A DNA stretch of 64,000 nt, taken from positions 32,001 to 96,000 of the forward strand of contig JBMORA010000032.1 of NCBI GenBank assembly GCA_049320885.1. The letters are read 5' to 3'. How positions within the stretch are numbered: position 1 is the first letter of the stretch; each line of letters opens with the position of its first letter. Both the position numbers and the translations under genes were made by a program. This DNA is from Thermodesulfobacteriota bacterium. GTDB taxonomy: Bacteria; Desulfobacterota; Desulfobacteria; Desulfobacterales; SURF-7. Positions 61,501 through 64,000 of the stretch are shown piece after piece. The notes beneath the pieces were generated by a model. That model was not told the DNA's origin and made no database searches. It saw only the letters and a program-made list of their open reading frames with translations.

Positions 61501-61576
61501 ACCGGTTTCCTTTCTCTATCAGCGCTTCCTGTCGGAAAGGCCCGCCAAACCAACCGGAAAACAGGACGGGATATGA
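58538..61576 (+). CDS. DUF2339 polytopic membrane protein
   Basis: WE.FMG.KLFAWLGG..LF.G..FF..YS, GGFLTP.L.STG, KLFL.DL..L..LYRI. AGGAG RBS before ATG 58538. Confidence 0.85.
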   Translation: MSLTVVVLMGVLWIWLRTKMSRLADQAGRDHERLEELLTRVQALELALRGGALPAREAGPEAADTPGEEWPGTAAPEPETGEKSYQEMPEYDWETPEEAVAATPARESRPEAETEQAGSAAPGSGRERPAVNWEQFMGVKLFAWLGGIALFLGVAFFIKYSFEHNLISPPVRVAGGVLVGLGLLAGGLLMDRRRYAITVQTLCAAGVLILYADIFAACSFYHLLPNAAAFALMILITFTAFLLSLRLDAQAVAIIGMLGGFLTPPLLSTGEDRPLALFSYIAMLDAGLIALALIKRWGHLCLLAAVATMAMQFGWAEKFFQADKIHTAQGVFIFYTAFFIAAFWHAQRKDRMDRFISAAACLPPAAALLFSFYLLVYPYPEIARRPFQVFCMALAGDAALLVVSWHRSRMRWVNMAAGTAVFLLLTVWIASFLSMELLNPALVLCLLFAILHGAYPVVLERLKPAGSPAWWGHVFAPAALLLTMIPLLTFEEPTIAVWLAVLVLNALAVMLALATAAISGILAVLLITAALIFFWVAAIPVWVAGLWEMLVVVGAFAAFFLGVSAWILRRAGRPATEVQMEAGATFPFRRSRFSVDLSRQIPAVSALLPFLLLIMVTLKQTLADPSPVFGLALLLGILLYGIVLTWQADSLAVVGLLGVVCLEQAWFANGFTPERAALPLAWLVAFYALFSGFPFGFQKRMAGRVVPWAAAALAGPLQFFFVYRLVRTAYMNPYMGLLPALFALPSLLALVRLIRTVPFDTPEGRRLSALFGGVALFFITAVFPIQFEKQWITIGWALEGAALLWLFRRIPHPGLKIVGAALLTAAFIRLALNIEVIQYHRRSNIPVFNWYLYAYGLVSLCLFAGARLLRPPDHRIKNVDVRAVLYGLGTVLTFLLLNIEIADYFSTGPYIRFEFSGSFGRDMTYSLAWAVFAFVLLVVGIRQGLAAVRYAGIGLLVVTLLKLFLHDLWSLGGLYRIGALMGLALVLIPVSFLYQRFLSERPAKPTGKQDGI

Positions 61577-63543
61577 AAACTCGGATACTGCTCGTATTGT
61601 CGGCCGTTCTCGGCTTTACCTCCTTCGCGGCGGCCGGGGTGCCGGCGGAATGGAAAACCGTTCAGTCCATGGAGATCGGCCGGGCCGGCTGGGTCAAGAT
61701 CAGCCTGCCGGTGGAAACCCTGTCGGCCGCCAAACCGGATCTTGCCGACCTGCGCCTGCTGGATGGGTCCGGCCGGGAGACGGCCTATCGCATCGAAAGA
61801 CCGTTGCAATCGCCCCCGGAAGACAAACCGGCCGGGAACCTCCGCATCCGCCTGGAGGGAACCGGGACAACAGCGACTTTCACCACCGGCCTGAAAACCG
61901 CCCTGGGCGCCGTGTCCATCGAGACGCCGGCCGGGGATTTCATCAAGGCCGTGTCCGTGGAAGGCTCCAATGACGAGGGCCGGTCATGGACCATGCTGGT
62001 GCGCAACACCTTCCTTTTCCGGCGCGGGAATGCCCAGGGCCTGACGGCCACGGTGCCTGCCGGCGCTTGGGCCATGGCGCGGATATCGCTGGACGACAGC
62101 CGGGACGCGCCCATCCCCGTCACCGGCATTCGGGTGCATGCCGCGGAAACGGAGGCTGCGCCGGCCGAGCCCATGCCCGTGACGGTCATCAGCCGGGAGG
62201 AAGAAATGGACCGGACCCGGCTGACCCTGGAGCTGCCCGGCGCCAATCTGACCCTGGCTTCCCTGGGAATCGAGACTCCGGAGGCCCTGTTCACCCGCCG
62301 GGTGACGCTGCAATACCTTGGCCATGACGACAACGGGGTCCGGGAGGTGGAGCTGGCCGGAGACACCCTGTACCGGATCGCCGTCAACGATCAGGCCCCG
62401 CTTTCGCGGCTGGCCTTCGCCGCGGATGTGACGGCGCCCGACCGGCAAGTGATCCTGACCATCCACAACGGCGACAGCCCGCCCCTGCCGGTGACGGCGG
62501 TCCGGGGCTTCCGGCGGCCGGTGTACCTGGTTTTTTCAGCAGCCGGTCCGGCCGTCTACCAGCTCATCAGCGGCAATCCGGCCGGCAGCGCTCCCCACTA
62601 TGACCTGAAAGAGCTGAACGCGGACATGGTTCCGGCGGAACTGATCAGCGCCGCATTTTCACCGCCGGCGGTCAATCCGGACTGGACCCCCCCCGAAGTC
62701 CTGCCGGAGGTCGGCGAGTCCGGCAGCGCCATCGAGCTCTCCACATGGAAATATCACAAGCGCATCGATATCAGAACGGCGGGGGTCCAGCGGCTGGAAC
62801 TGGATCCGGAAGTACTGGATCTGGCCCAGCCGTCGCTGACGGATCTGCGCATCGTGAAGAACGGCCGCCAGGTGCCCTATCTGATCGAACCTTCGGTGTC
62901 CCTGGGGGAACTCATGCCGGAAGTCCAGGCGGCGGATGATCCCCCCCTGTCCACGGTCAGCCGCCTGCGGCTGGCCCTGCCGGTCAGACGGCTGCCCCTT
63001 GCGGCCCTGAAAGTCGAGGTCGGCACCGCCTTTTTCCAGCGCCGGGTCACCCTGTACGAGGAAGCGCCGGACCGGCGGGGCAATCAACAGACCCTGCTGC
63101 GCGCGTCGGCGGTCTGGTCCCGCACCATCGGCGAAAAAAGCCCCCCCATGGTTCTGCCCCTGGCCTTCCGGACCATCACCGGCAACCTGATTCTGGACAT
63201 CGACAACGGCGACAACCCGGCCCTGGATATCGGCGCCGTCCGGATCAGCTACCGGGCGAACCGGCTCCTGTTCAAGGCCTCCCCGGGAGAAGACGCGCGG
63301 CTGTATTTCGGCAACCCCACGGCGCCGCCGCCGCGTTACGACATCGATCTGATCGCCGGGCATTTCCTTTCCGCCGCCAAGAACAAGGCGTCCCTGGCGC
63401 CCCTGGAACGTCAGGGGCCGCCGTCCTGGCAGGAAAAATACCGGTTCGGCGAAAAAGCCGTCTGGCTGTTCTGGATCGTTTTGGCCGGCCTCGTGGCCGG
63501 CCTGCTCGTGATCATTTCCCGGCTGCTGCCGAAGGCCAAATGA
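61573..63543 (+). CDS. DUF3999-like exported protein with C-terminal TM anchor
   Basis: Signal peptide, DLADLRL, I.NGD.PPL, GNP....P.YD, C-terminal LFW TM; ATGA-coupled to the DUF2339 gene. Confidence 0.75.
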   Translation: MKTRILLVLSAVLGFTSFAAAGVPAEWKTVQSMEIGRAGWVKISLPVETLSAAKPDLADLRLLDGSGRETAYRIERPLQSPPEDKPAGNLRIRLEGTGTTATFTTGLKTALGAVSIETPAGDFIKAVSVEGSNDEGRSWTMLVRNTFLFRRGNAQGLTATVPAGAWAMARISLDDSRDAPIPVTGIRVHAAETEAAPAEPMPVTVISREEEMDRTRLTLELPGANLTLASLGIETPEALFTRRVTLQYLGHDDNGVREVELAGDTLYRIAVNDQAPLSRLAFAADVTAPDRQVILTIHNGDSPPLPVTAVRGFRRPVYLVFSAAGPAVYQLISGNPAGSAPHYDLKELNADMVPAELISAAFSPPAVNPDWTPPEVLPEVGESGSAIELSTWKYHKRIDIRTAGVQRLELDPEVLDLAQPSLTDLRIVKNGRQVPYLIEPSVSLGELMPEVQAADDPPLSTVSRLRLALPVRRLPLAALKVEVGTAFFQRRVTLYEEAPDRRGNQQTLLRASAVWSRTIGEKSPPMVLPLAFRTITGNLILDIDNGDNPALDIGAVRISYRANRLLFKASPGEDARLYFGNPTAPPPRYDIDLIAGHFLSAAKNKASLAPLERQGPPSWQEKYRFGEKAVWLFWIVLAGLVAGLLVIISRLLPKAK

Positions 63544-63607
63544 TTCTTGGGGTGAAAAATCGCTACGGCATCTATGGAAAAAGCCGCCAATCTCCCTCCG
63601 CAAACCA

Positions 63608-64000
63608 TTAGACCACTTCCAGTTCGCCCGGGTTGACACCTGCGCCGCCGAGGATAGCCCATTGCAGATCCACGTGGGATTGAAGGGTCTGCAACATCGC
63701 CTCATTGCCCGGCTTAAAAAGATGGGCGAACCGGCCCTGGGGTTTCAAAAACGCGGAAACAGGTTGCTTTTGCTTGGGCGTGTAGGTCAAGCGGGTCCGG
63801 CCGTTTTCAATTTCGAACAACGGCCAGAAGCAGGTGCTGACCGCCAGCCTCGACAGCGTGATGGCGTCGTCGGTTTGGGAGCGCCACCCGCGGTTGCAAG
63901 GGGAAAGCAGGTTTAAAAATTTAGGCCCCTTTATCGACAAGGCTTTTTGAACCTTTCGCATGAGATCGACGTGATGGCTCAGAGCTGCCTGGGCCACATA
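63608..64000 (-). CDS. porB: 2-oxoacid (pyruvate):ferredoxin oxidoreductase beta subunit, C-terminal part (runs off window end)
   Basis: YVAQ.....DL..KV.KAL...GP.F...LSPC.RGW, LAV.TCFWPLFE, FL..QGRF.HL. Confidence 0.85.
   Translation of the reverse strand, partial: YVAQAALSHHVDLMRKVQKALSIKGPKFLNLLSPCNRGWRSQTDDAITLSRLAVSTCFWPLFEIENGRTRLTYTPKQKQPVSAFLKPQGRFAHLFKPGNEAMLQTLQSHVDLQWAILGGAGVNPGELEVV

Noticed and set aside
60472..61572. N-terminal 367-aa extension of the DUF3999-like ORF
   Set aside because: It overlaps DUF2339 out of frame; the real start is the ATGA-coupled ATG at 61573, which is followed by a signal peptide.

Overview
This GC-rich window has a gene set and protein style that point to a Desulfobacterota (deltaproteobacterial) chromosome; that assignment is inferred. 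It holds about 47 CDS. I saw no rRNA, tRNA, CRISPR array or intact transposase/integrase. Housekeeping genes include dapA (3' end), gatB, queA-tgt, an NfuA-like gene, an aminotransferase, mce, a LOG gene, MoxR-DUF58-transglutaminase and porB (3' end). The most interesting region is a ~22.5 kb block (9433-31994). Its plus-strand part is a tightly coupled operon encoding a GSCFA protein, three glycosyltransferases, a histidine phosphatase and a deacetylase. It continues with a MacB/LolCDE-type ABC system whose 1604-aa permease carries a degenerate M28 peptidase/PA ectodomain, two OPT-like membrane proteins, two unknowns and a stand-alone PqqD/RRE protein. No radical SAM gene or precursor peptide is visible. 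This operon converges on a minus-strand operon encoding an ABC exporter with an interrupted NBD, a cNMP-binding protein and an RsbW/RsbV-type pair. Other points of note are two tandem giant pseudokinase-AAA-GAF-histidine kinases, a Cache sensor ending in a Cys/His motif, a dispersed heptamer repeat family with a MITE-like copy, and a 27-codon DsrE-like remnant ahead of moxR. All family assignments come from motif recognition by eye; no searches were run.
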